Below, piece by piece: positions 9,100 to 16,888 of a DNA stretch of 42,287 bases; position 1 is the stretch's first letter; every line of letters starts with the position of its first letter. Below the pieces are notes generated by a model. The model was given only the letters and a program-made list of their open reading frames with translations, ran no database searches and was not told where the DNA came from. A program made the position numbers and the translations under genes. The DNA comes from a virus (Duplodnaviria > Caudoviricetes): IMG/VR virus record IMGVR_UViG_3300025084_000071, positions 1 through 42,287 of that record; one strand, 5' to 3'.

Positions 9100-9275
9100 T
9101 ATTTTCTACATTTAGAGCAAGATTCAATTTCACCTTGTAAATGCATGGCATAAGCCGCATTCATCTTAGTAAAACTGCTACATCCTGTACACCAAACGTC
9201 AACGACCTCCAACTTGTCAACCGCTCTCATAAGCGCCCCCATTGGTCCTTCATTCATTTCGGGATGAATGGCCAT
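9099..9275 (-). CDS. 58-aa CxxC...CxxC zinc-ribbon-like protein
   Basis: Below the ORF-track cutoff: MAIHPEMNEG...VWCTGCSS...ESCSKCRK, coupled to the next gene. Confidence 0.6.
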   Translation of the reverse strand: MAIHPEMNEGPMGALMRAVDKLEVVDVWCTGCSSFTKMNAAYAMHLQGEIESCSKCRK

Positions 9276-9315
9276 AAGACTTAAGAACGATTGAATACAG
9301 GATACCAGAGGGCCA

Positions 9316-9720
9316 TCAAGATCGTACTAATGGGGTAGTCATCATATCATCACCCAAATAAGGGGCAAGACAAGTGCAAAAAGCAAAAATATTGCGTAAT
9401 TCCATCCTTACACGCTGTTTTTCTGATTGAGGACCCGTTACACCATTGTTAGATACCTGCCATTTTAAAACATCAGCCTCAACTAAAGTCTTGCCTTCGG
9501 TATTTGAAAGATTCTGCGCACTTTGAGCTGTATCAGCCGCTTCCCAATCCACCAGTAACGCCAGAACATCCTCCTGAGCGTTGATAGATATCAATTGCAG
9601 GCTATTCATACAAGTAATCACACAATCCTGTGTGTATTCACTAAAAGGAACAGACAATGCCCTGACTACCCTATATTCATCCCCAGTTGACCAAAGCCCA
9701 CTCGTGTCTAGAATAGTCAT
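9316..9720 (-). CDS. Putative head-tail adaptor protein
   Basis: Likely start MTILDTSG at 9720, 23 nt after the promoter-like motif. The LVEADVLKW motif and position at the head of the neck cluster support the call. Confidence 0.55.
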   Translation of the reverse strand: MTILDTSGLWSTGDEYRVVRALSVPFSEYTQDCVITCMNSLQLISINAQEDVLALLVDWEAADTAQSAQNLSNTEGKTLVEADVLKWQVSNNGVTGPQSEKQRVRMELRNIFAFCTCLAPYLGDDMMTTPLVRS

Positions 9721-9781
9721 TCGGCACACTATGCAATCGGAACTAGGGTTCCAGCCGTATAATAAGACAGGCAATAGATCC

Positions 9782-9976
9782 TTGAACTCCGAAAACGTTT
9801 TGATCCTCTCCTTAGCACTCCTACTGGCTGTAAGATGCCGCCAAAAAGATGCTGTCCTTCAATTATTAGGACAAATCTACCACAGAATGGAAGAAGACCA
9901 AGCTAAAAATACAATGAATCGCTTGATATATTTACTTGAACCGCAAGAACGTGACTGGATGAAAAACTTAGCCTAA
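9782..9976 (+). CDS. Hypothetical protein
   Basis: Non-overlapping 3' part of ORF 9581..9976 (TTG start, MNSENVLILSL...RDWMKNLA). Confidence 0.5.
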   Translation: MNSENVLILSLALLLAVRCRQKDAVLQLLGQIYHRMEEDQAKNTMNRLIYLLEPQERDWMKNLA

Positions 9977-10591
9977 AACCTGTTTCGGAAAATTTGTAAA
10001 ATTTTTTATAACACATCCGTAAATCTTTTAATCTCCTGCTGTTTTGATACACAGGCAAAATACAACCAGACGCTAATCAACTAATGCCAATCTTTGCTCC
10101 CGGACCCTACAAAAAACCACAAAGACGCAACCCACCACTAGTTGATGGCTCTAACCTTAATCACAATCAAACATTATCAACCCCCGCTGATCAAAATACT
10201 AACAATAATACCCCGAAAGTATCGTGAAAAATTCTGACGACTGCTTTATTGCTCTCATGTTATCTCACGCTAATAAAACCCTCAAGTTCCTTCGTGATAT
10301 ATCCCCAACCTATAGACCCTCCCCCTCACTACTCTCTGATAAAGAAGACTTTACTAACCAAATTATGCACCATCGTCAACATCAAAATGAATACTAGAAT
10401 TTGTAAAAATTTTTGCGGGGGGTCTGCCTGACCCTGGCTGACTCTGAATCGGGGGTGGGGGTATAAATACCTACCCAGCCCAGGATGTAAAGAAATGTCA
10501 AAGGTTCAGCCAATAAAACTAGAAACCAAATCGATTCGATCGATCAGTTGCTATTGTTGATGAGGAACCACACCTAACCAACTAAACTCAA

Positions 10592-10756
10592 ATGTCTCGC
10601 CGCTCTTGCTCTGTCCTTAATCTGCTATCACTAGCTGAGATAAAAGAAATTATTAAATTAAATATAAATAATGATTACGACATAGACGGCCAGAGCGATG
10701 ATGACGTCATGGCGTTGGCTCACCAAATGATTGAAGATGATGAGGCCGACTGTTAA
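10592..10756 (+). CDS. 54-aa acidic protein, first gene of the plus-strand cluster
   Basis: MSRRSCSVLNLLSLAEIKEIIKLNINNDYDIDGQSDDDVMALAHQMIEDDEADC, preceded by an A/C-rich leader. Confidence 0.6.
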   Translation: MSRRSCSVLNLLSLAEIKEIIKLNINNDYDIDGQSDDDVMALAHQMIEDDEADC

Positions 10757-10800
10757 GAGATGTTAAAGGATACAGGCCACCATCACGGTCAGCCTGTAGA

Positions 10801-10995
10801 TTGAGCAAGACCACCAAACAACGGATTATTCCAATGCTTCCACTGATCGAATCTCGCCATTCTTGGGCCACAAAAAACGCTCAATTCTGGGCCAAAGATG
10901 CTGCGTTCTGGACACGTTACGATCGCCGATCGAATGCCAGCAGAGGTCAACAGCGGCACGCTGACTATCTGCACGAGATCATGAATCACCGCTGA
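10801..10995 (+). CDS. Hypothetical protein (start probably the internal Met, MLPLIES)
   Basis: ORF co-oriented with its neighbours in the plus-strand cluster. Confidence 0.5.
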   Translation: MSKTTKQRIIPMLPLIESRHSWATKNAQFWAKDAAFWTRYDRRSNASRGQQRHADYLHEIMNHR

Positions 10996-11036
10996 ACCTG
11001 TAAAATTAATTCAACCAACCTAAAGGATTTAATCCA

Positions 11037-11633
11037 ATGTCTTATCAGAACCAGCTCAACATCAAAGCGGTCTATGACCTGGCCACAATCAAGGAGAGAG
11101 AAGATGGCCGTCTATGGTACCCACAAGCCCTTCAGATCGCCCGTGGTCTAGCTGCTCGCTATCGTGTCTCTTTAGAATGCACAGCTGGCGTCCTAGCTGC
11201 CCTGAGCCCTAGGAACAAGTGGAACCGCAACTGCGTCGATGCCGAGGCTTTAATCAGTACCTTCAAGGCTGACCCTGAATCTGCCGCCGATCTCAAGGTC
11301 TGCACGTTTGGCGCCAATAAAGCGAAAGCGTTGAGAATCTTAACAGAAAACCCAATCAAATCTGAGAGAGTCCTGGAAATCTTGAGCGGTCCAAAGCTTA
11401 AGGAATTCTACAGCTGCATCATGGGCATGCCTGATATCTGCATCGATGGGCACGCTTTCTCTCTGTGGGATGGCGGACGGATCACCCTGGCCAAGATCCC
11501 ATCGATAGGCGTCAAACTCCGGCGTCAGATCAAAGCAGATTATGAATCAGTCGCAACAGATCTCAACATCCCAGGATCTGAACTGCAGGCGATCACTTGG
11601 GTGGCATGGCGTCGTATCCATGGCGTTGGTTGA
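11037..11633 (+). CDS. Conserved phage protein (DUF7178-like; possible helix-hairpin-helix DNA-glycosylase-like fold)
   Basis: GRLWY...VLAALSPRNKW..N...KAL.IL...LSGPK..EFY...IDGHA...ELQAITWVAWRR pattern recognised from phage proteins; function is inferred. Confidence 0.6.
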   Translation: MSYQNQLNIKAVYDLATIKEREDGRLWYPQALQIARGLAARYRVSLECTAGVLAALSPRNKWNRNCVDAEALISTFKADPESAADLKVCTFGANKAKALRILTENPIKSERVLEILSGPKLKEFYSCIMGMPDICIDGHAFSLWDGGRITLAKIPSIGVKLRRQIKADYESVATDLNIPGSELQAITWVAWRRIHGVG

Positions 11634-11636
11634 TCA

Positions 11637-11873
11637 GTGCTAGAACTGATTCTCGCCGTCGTTATTTTCACGATCAGCAGCCGAAGGGCATCAGGACCAG
11701 CACCAGTCAAACCGCTCTATAAGCATCCATCCCACAGGCCTCGCCAATACGAAATCGTATCACGGGCCACATGGGACAAGCATGATCGACCGTACTTAGG
11801 CCCAAAACGGAAACGTACCGCTGAGCTCTACCGATCACGATTCGTATCCAAAAAGGTTCGCCGATTGTTTTAG
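11637..11873 (+). CDS. Hypothetical basic protein with a hydrophobic N-terminus
   Basis: 78-aa ORF starting 3 nt after the previous stop. Confidence 0.45.
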   Translation: MLELILAVVIFTISSRRASGPAPVKPLYKHPSHRPRQYEIVSRATWDKHDRPYLGPKRKRTAELYRSRFVSKKVRRLF

Positions 11874-11956
11874 AACTTAATATAAAGTTTTATGATCATT
11901 CCGGTTTAATCGCCGGATCTTTTCTAGATTAGGTTCAGCGAGAAAACACTCGCTAA

Positions 11957-12283
11957 ATGTTATTAACTCAACCCCACAAAACAATGAAAATCTTCTTTCA
12001 AATCTGCTCACTGATTCACACTTTCGATCTTGCCACTATTTTGAAATCTATCGCGTTTCCTTTCGTGTTACTTTATGTCCTGTATTTTGAGATCATTGAT
12101 TCACTTTCAAGTTCAATCACTAAATTAGATATAGTAGAATTACCTAAACCTCAGATAGCACCACTACAAGATCTTTATAATCAACTCGAAACCTTAACTG
12201 TTAAGAATCTCCGCAATATTACGGGCATTAAAAAGAGGCTAACTAAACCAGCACTAATTGAGGCTTACTTGATCACCTACTAA
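11957..12283 (+). CDS. Membrane protein with a C-terminal Rho-N/SAP-like helix pair
   Basis: Hydrophobic segment followed by LETLTVKNLRNITGIKKRLTKPALIEAY; followed by a terminator. Confidence 0.55.
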   Translation: MLLTQPHKTMKIFFQICSLIHTFDLATILKSIAFPFVLLYVLYFEIIDSLSSSITKLDIVELPKPQIAPLQDLYNQLETLTVKNLRNITGIKKRLTKPALIEAYLITY

Positions 12284-12301
12284 ATAACATATAGTAGAAA
12301 T

Positions 12302-12332
12302 GCCTAGCTGTTAATCAGCTGGGCTTTTTTTT
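12302..12332 (+). terminator. Intrinsic terminator closing the plus-strand cluster
   Basis: GCCTAGCTG-TTAAT-CAGCTGGGC followed by T8. Confidence 0.85.
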
Positions 12333-12344
12333 GCGCTATTTGAC

Positions 12345-12439
12345 TAGTACATTTGTTCTGAGTATTTATACCTAAAGTAGTACATACATACTACAGTACA
12401 TTTGTACTAAGCATTTCTACCCATAGTACATGTGTACTA
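12345..12439. promoter_or_regulatory. Array of cyanobacterial LexA (SOS) boxes
   Basis: AGTACATTTGTTCT (12346), AGTACATACATACT (12379, degenerate), AGTACATTTGTACT (12395) and TAGTACATGTGTACTA (12424). Three match the cyanobacterial LexA consensus RGTAC-N3-DGTWCB. Confidence 0.75.
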
Positions 12440-12878
12440 CCGCAAATGCGGAGTGAACACCGTTCACTATCATATCTGCATTTTTTAAGCTTTTTTTGCA
12501 CCTGCCCCCAACCTGTAACGACTCTTCACACACCCCCGCACCCGCACTTTGTTACCTTTCTTATTGTTACTTTTTGTTACAAAACCTTGACATTTGGTTA
12601 GGGCGAAGCCCATCCCCCCGACCACAACCACTACGATCTCACCCCTCCTTAAATGCCCTACAAAGCGCCTCTACTTATATATAGGGTACAACCCACCACA
12701 AACATCCTTTATCAATGACACAGCCCCTTACAGACGCCTCTGAGGAGGTCCTACAAATATATGGCCAACAGAGCAACATCAATAGTCCTTTATCAACCTC
12801 TTATTCTCACCCACCTTCCTACGAGTTATCACTGATGGCTTTTACACAATACTATATGTCTTCATATGTGTCTTTATA

Positions 12879-13006
12879 AGTCTTTATATATAAGTGTAGT
12901 TGGACACCTTGTCCTTTTTAGTTGGACACCATGTCTTTCTTAGTTGGACACCATGTCCTTTTGGTTCGCTGATTTGTCCTTTTTAAGGTTCGCGAATTTG
13001 TCCAAC
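12879..13006. repeat. Iteron-like array A: five 20-24-bp direct repeats after an AT-rich leader
   Basis: AGTTGGACACC(T/A)TGTC(C/T)TT.. x3, then GGTTCGCTGATTTGTCCTTTTT and GGTTCGCGAATTTGTCC. Confidence 0.85.
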
Positions 13007-13076
13007 TATCTGGGTAGAAGGACAATAAAAAAAAGAATAAAAATAAAAAAAAAGTTTTTCTCTGTACTTTAAAATA

Positions 13077-13583
13077 TTAAAGCCATGAAGGGGCATCAGT
13101 ACCTTTAGCCCATACAAAGCTTTTGGGCTTTTCTGCAACCTTGGCCCGGATACAGTTTTTATATGACTCAACAGGATCTGTGGTCTTGCACTCGTCAGGC
13201 ATAGCCAAAGCAGGCGTTGTCATATGGCCACCGTTAATAGGTAAGGTCTGACGGATCGACCAATCAGAAAGGGTATCAATCTGACCTTCGGCGAAATGTC
13301 GCTTGCCATATCGCTTGGTGTATTCCTCGCAGAGCGCTTTACCCCAAGCCAGTGTCCAGTGAAAATTAGAACGGCATTCGCCTGCCCACAAAGTGCAGGG
13401 ATGGTTGGAATAGCCGCCTTGATGAACGGTACCAGCTTTAGTTAGGACGCCATGATCAACGCCCCAACGGTTACAGGCAGAGACGAGCATCTGTACAGCC
13501 TCAACGGGCATCTTGACGATGTGCTTGTCAGGTAGTTCGCGAGCAGCTACGTCGGGAACGACGTTGGTGTAGAAGATGTTCAT
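13077..13583 (-). CDS. Pyrimidine-dimer DNA glycosylase / endonuclease V-like family protein
   Basis: MNIFY...A..LPDKHIVKMPVEAVQML...NHPCTLWA...LCEEYTKRYGKRH...ALAMPD signature. Confidence 0.8.
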   Translation of the reverse strand: MNIFYTNVVPDVAARELPDKHIVKMPVEAVQMLVSACNRWGVDHGVLTKAGTVHQGGYSNHPCTLWAGECRSNFHWTLAWGKALCEEYTKRYGKRHFAEGQIDTLSDWSIRQTLPINGGHMTTPALAMPDECKTTDPVESYKNCIRAKVAEKPKSFVWAKGTDAPSWL

Positions 13584-13605
13584 GGATGACGGTATAGACC
13601 TGAGC

Positions 13606-13637
13606 TATTCATAGCCTTGCTCAGGCCACCGTGTCAA
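13606..13637 (-). promoter_or_regulatory. Sigma70-type promoter for the glycosylase-like gene
   Basis: Minus strand TTGACA-N18-TATGAAT; the -35 box is perfect and the -10 box is imperfect. Confidence 0.5.
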
Positions 13638-13784
13638 CTAAAGGCCCAGCTGGCTTAATATACCTTGACCTGTTAAGGCTTCGGTAGCTACGCCAATAAC
13701 AAAACCAAGCATTGCTAAGCGTCCATTCAGAAGCTCGGCAGCTTTATGAAAGCCGGATGCAGGATCATTCTCGTAATTAGACAT
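13638..13784 (-). CDS. hli: High-light-inducible protein (HLIP), 48 aa
   Basis: Missed by the ORF track: MSNYENDPASGFHKAAELLNGRLAMLGFVIGVATEALTGQGILSQLGL, with the AExxNGRxAMxG and TGQ motifs. Confidence 0.95.
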   Translation of the reverse strand: MSNYENDPASGFHKAAELLNGRLAMLGFVIGVATEALTGQGILSQLGL

Positions 13785-13808
13785 AAATGAAAGAAAAGGC
13801 AGTAAAGT

Positions 13809-14066
13809 CTACCTATGCCCAAAGACCACTAAGGCTTCACAGGACAAAAGATCGCCATCAGCGTATCTAACAAGGTAAACTCCTGGCCGGTCCTGATCAA
13901 TGGCTCCAAATTCAAGGGATGCATCGGCTATGTTGATAGCGAAGTAACCTTCTAGTCGTTCCTCGTCAAAGAAAGGATCCTGAGAATTTTCCCAAGACAA
14001 TGACCAATTGCCAATGCCAATGATGCCACCATCTGAATCGATATCGAAGTTCATTCTGTTTCCCAT
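13809..14066 (-). CDS. Hypothetical acidic protein
   Basis: ORF coupled to the upstream gene. Confidence 0.6.
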   Translation of the reverse strand: MGNRMNFDIDSDGGIIGIGNWSLSWENSQDPFFDEERLEGYFAINIADASLEFGAIDQDRPGVYLVRYADGDLLSCEALVVFGHR

Positions 14067-14329
14067 AAGATAGGCTTAATGATGCCGTAACCGTTTCTAA
14101 TAGAAATGATACTGAAACTAGTCAGATCACCATCCATTGCTTTTTGATTAAGTCGATCATAGTACGTGTCGAAAACGTCTGCTTTCTTGTAAGCTCTTAC
14201 AGCATCCAAGAAGAAGTCATTGTTCTCCTCGTATTCAATCAGATGAACATCTGTAGGCAGATCCTTGCTAAGATCTAGGATTTCCTGCTCTGTGGTTTTC
14301 TCGAAAAGTGTGATCACATCTTCTTTCAT
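14051..14329 (-). CDS. Hypothetical phage protein (LPTDVHL...DAVRAYK..DVFD.YYD)
   Basis: 92-aa ORF in the co-oriented cluster. Confidence 0.7.
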   Translation of the reverse strand: MKEDVITLFEKTTEQEILDLSKDLPTDVHLIEYEENNDFFLDAVRAYKKADVFDTYYDRLNQKAMDGDLTSFSIISIRNGYGIIKPILWETE

Positions 14330-14498
14330 CTGGCCTAACCCTCTTTAGATACGCGAAAAATACGGTTTGGATGAAGCATTAGTTCCTTTACCTCTGCCAT
14401 TGCAACAGTCATGGCATGTGTAGAAGAGTGAGCTCTTACTACTATTTCATGATGTCGGTCTTCAAAGTCTCGATAAGAGACGGTGAAGAACTCATACT

Positions 14499-14714
14499 TT
14501 ACTGTTTCCATTTTGTAAGGTTATGCAGGAATAGGCCAGCCACAAAACCAGCAACATAGAAAAAGACAACGACGCTAGCGATTTGGTCGCAAATGAATCG
14601 AAGGCCGATGCCAATTTCTTCTGTCTTAGCTTTGTAAAAAAATAGGATTCCCTGCTTTATATCAATAAGCAGATAGGCAATTGATAGGATTAAGTTTTCG
14701 ATGAAGTACTCCAT
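14499..14714 (-). CDS. Hypothetical membrane protein
   Basis: Two hydrophobic segments; abuts the lyase stop codon. Confidence 0.55.
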   Translation of the reverse strand: MEYFIENLILSIAYLLIDIKQGILFFYKAKTEEIGIGLRFICDQIASVVVFFYVAGFVAGLFLHNLTKWKQ

Positions 14715-15164
14715 TTACAACCTAAACTCTACATACTGACCCACTAATCGAACCGCTCCTGTCAAGGTGTCAACACCAATCGTCTGTCTGAGGCGCACAG
14801 TGTCCTCAACAAGGAAGCGAATTTCTTCCCTAACTTTCATGCCATCATACTCTGTGCGGAGCACAATGCAATCGCTGTCAATCACTTCCACTGCGCTGGA
14901 ATGGTTCTCCTCTCCAAAGTAGTCTCTAGACCTGCCGAGCACATTGCCGTTCAGCTCTACTTCCATTGTCCCGGAAGTGTTTCCAGTCCACTCAATAACA
15001 AACTGATTGCTCCTCTCTCCTGCCTCGACCGTAAATTTTGTGGTCATATTGACAGGGACCATTTTCGGATTGAAGAGATATCGACGCTGGCTAGTCCATG
15101 CCCCAATGCTTCGCCGGAACCATTGAAGAGCTGATGAGTTAGTCGTCATTTGTTTTGATTCCAT
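14715..15164 (-). CDS. CpcS/CpeS-family phycobiliprotein lyase-like protein
   Basis: WFRRSIGAWTSQRRY N-terminal motif and LRTEYDG...REEIRFL....RLRQT C-terminal motif resemble S/U/V-type lyase beta-barrels. Confidence 0.7.
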   Translation of the reverse strand: MESKQMTTNSSALQWFRRSIGAWTSQRRYLFNPKMVPVNMTTKFTVEAGERSNQFVIEWTGNTSGTMEVELNGNVLGRSRDYFGEENHSSAVEVIDSDCIVLRTEYDGMKVREEIRFLVEDTVRLRQTIGVDTLTGAVRLVGQYVEFRL

Positions 15165-15337
15165 AGCAATGATGCATGGCCCAGTCTACCATTGGATTTT
15201 TCGTAAATAATTAATTCACGATGAATATCATCGCAAAGGGATGGTTTAATTTTGATTTTAGGCATTGAATTTCCCGAGTAAACAATAACAATTGCCGTTA
15301 AAACGCAAGAACCTATCGTGATAGAGGATAAACTCAA
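15146..15337 (-). CDS. Hypothetical protein with an N-terminal hydrophobic helix
   Basis: 63-aa ORF overlapping both neighbours. Confidence 0.4.
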   Translation of the reverse strand: MSLSSITIGSCVLTAIVIVYSGNSMPKIKIKPSLCDDIHRELIIYEKSNGRLGHASLLWNQNK

Positions 15338-15636
15338 AAGTCTAGAATTTTGTTTAGTTGTTCTATGTTTTTCACTCGCTTGGCCGCGTGATCATAAGCT
15401 TTCGGGAAAATCTTTACTATTAATTGACATACATATAGAGTCTGAGCCGCCATCGTTAGTGTCGAATTTTCGTTTTCAGTAGGTGGTTCAATTACCTTGC
15501 CGTGAACGAGAGCAGCCACGACCTCTTGAATTGCGATTGCGTATTCACTAGGATCCATCTCTTTGATCATTGTCGTTGACATCTCGTCGGCCCATTCGAC
15601 AAGAGAATCAGGGGACGAGAACTTGCGCTTAGTCAT
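15334..15636 (-). CDS. Hypothetical protein
   Basis: 100-aa ORF with an ATG start. Confidence 0.65.
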   Translation of the reverse strand: MTKRKFSSPDSLVEWADEMSTTMIKEMDPSEYAIAIQEVVAALVHGKVIEPPTENENSTLTMAAQTLYVCQLIVKIFPKAYDHAAKRVKNIEQLNKILDF

Positions 15637-15657
15637 GGTTTTGAAATAAAAAAGTTT

Positions 15658-15930
15658 TCAGTTGAACTTGGTGATCTCACCATTGACTTTGATTTGCAAC
15701 ACCCTCTCAGCACGGAAGGATCGCCACTGGTTGAGGTTGATATCCATTACTCGAAAAACATTTTCGTCTTTGCATTTTGTTCCAGTTCCTTTTATCTCGC
15801 CAACATGCTTTGGATTAAAGGTCAGCTGGCGTTCAGAGCCATCGTTTTTAGCGAAAGTTACCGAAACGAGTTGAGATCCTGCTCTTTCGACAGTCATGCG
15901 TATGAATTGTGCAAGAGTGGGTTGAGCCAT
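15658..15930 (-). CDS. Small SH3/WYL-like beta-barrel protein
   Basis: VSVTFAKNDGSERQL...VMDINLNQWRSFRAERV motif; has its own sigma70 promoter. Confidence 0.65.
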   Translation of the reverse strand: MAQPTLAQFIRMTVERAGSQLVSVTFAKNDGSERQLTFNPKHVGEIKGTGTKCKDENVFRVMDINLNQWRSFRAERVLQIKVNGEITKFN

Positions 15931-15954
15931 GGTTAGTGCCTTTGGTATGCATTA

Positions 15955-15983
15955 ATTATGCAGCCAAACAGGACTTAAGTCAA
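15955..15983 (-). promoter_or_regulatory. Sigma70-type promoter
   Basis: Minus strand TTGACT-N17-CATAAT, 25 nt upstream of ATG 15930. Confidence 0.65.
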
Positions 15984-16177
15984 GCTTGTTTACGATTCTT
16001 CACAGATTCTTTGTTGTAGCAGCGGCGAATATGCCGCACATTCCGAATGGCTTCTATTAAAGCGCCTTCAAGCCTTGTCACTTGAGGTTCTGGAGCGCCC
16101 TCGGACTGCATTCTGTTGATAGCGCGACCGAGGTAAGTGGTCCAGCTTTCCTGATCTTCACTCATAGTCAGCCTCAT
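15980..16177 (-). CDS. Hypothetical protein
   Basis: 65-aa ORF in the co-oriented cluster. Confidence 0.5.
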   Translation of the reverse strand: MRLTMSEDQESWTTYLGRAINRMQSEGAPEPQVTRLEGALIEAIRNVRHIRRCYNKESVKNRKQA

Positions 16178-16448
16178 TTGTCAAGACAGCCATGACAGGT
16201 GTGTAGCTTTCGGCAAAACTTTGGAGTTGACGCATAGCATCTTGAGAGCTTTCTGCAAAAAGGTTGGTAGACTTCTTGGTTTCTTCTTTTGTCAAGTAAG
16301 TAACCTCGTATATCCTGTTCAAAAGTCTTCCTCTATGGTGATTTGATAGATCATACCACTTACTATACCAGTAGCGAGAGCGGCTAACCCTAAAGCGACT
16401 CCAGTGATAAAAGCTTCTAGCAAAAATTAATCCTCGATGTAGGCGCAA
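16158..16448 (-). CDS. Hypothetical protein (start uncertain)
   Basis: ORF fills the gap between co-oriented genes. Confidence 0.4.
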   Translation of the reverse strand: MRLHRGLIFARSFYHWSRFRVSRSRYWYSKWYDLSNHHRGRLLNRIYEVTYLTKEETKKSTNLFAESSQDAMRQLQSFAESYTPVMAVLTNEADYE

Positions 16449-16675
16449 TAAATGTCAACAGGGAGGCATTCAAGCAGTTCGGCAACGTAATCGATCCCTC
16501 TCATGTCATAAGCCCCGAAGTCAGCCTCAATAGTTGCTTTGATATAATCATTTAATCCATAAGGCATCACTGCATATCCAGCCTCGTCAGTCCAAAGGTT
16601 TTCATTCTTTTCAAGCCCAGCCTGTACTCGACGATTGTGAGCCGCTTCGATAGTCAACTTACAGAAGATAGGCAT
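16427..16675 (-). CDS. Hypothetical acidic protein
   Basis: 82-aa ORF with an ATG start. Confidence 0.6.
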   Translation of the reverse strand: MPIFCKLTIEAAHNRRVQAGLEKNENLWTDEAGYAVMPYGLNDYIKATIEADFGAYDMRGIDYVAELLECLPVDIYCAYIED

Positions 16676-16711
16676 AGTACTGTCTGATTGTTCCGTCTAT
16701 TCTATCATTGC

Positions 16712-16786
16712 TCATGGATTAAGCAGCCATCCAGGGGTTAGTACAGCGAGGCAAACCAAGGAAATAATCAAAAAGGAAAGAGTCAT
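16712..16786 (-). CDS. Possible 24-aa hydrophobic peptide (MTLSFLIISLVCLAVLTPGWLLNP)
   Basis: Short single-TM ORF in an otherwise empty intergenic gap. Confidence 0.3.
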   Translation of the reverse strand: MTLSFLIISLVCLAVLTPGWLLNP

Positions 16787-16860
16787 CTTAAGTTAGCGAC
16801 TCTTCAGTCTGCCACGGTTATTGCTATAAAAGCTACTCTTTTTAGCTTATGTTATGGAAG

Positions 16861-16884
16861 CAATAAAAAAGCCCCGAAGGGCTT
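16861..16884 (-). terminator. Intrinsic terminator after the DUF4278-like gene
   Basis: Minus strand AAGCCC-TTCG-GGGCTTTTTT (UUCG tetraloop). Confidence 0.85.
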
Positions 16885-16888
16885 TGTG

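Noticed and set aside
12898-13006. Direct repeats as a mini-CRISPR array (also 36470-36533)
   Set aside because: The units are contiguous with no unique spacers and there are no cas genes; the 21-24-bp period fits iterons.
10249-13171. ORFs 10249..10431, 12496..12684 and 12983..13171
   Set aside because: Weak starts or overlap with a real gene, composition driven by skewed non-coding DNA, and overlap with repeats.
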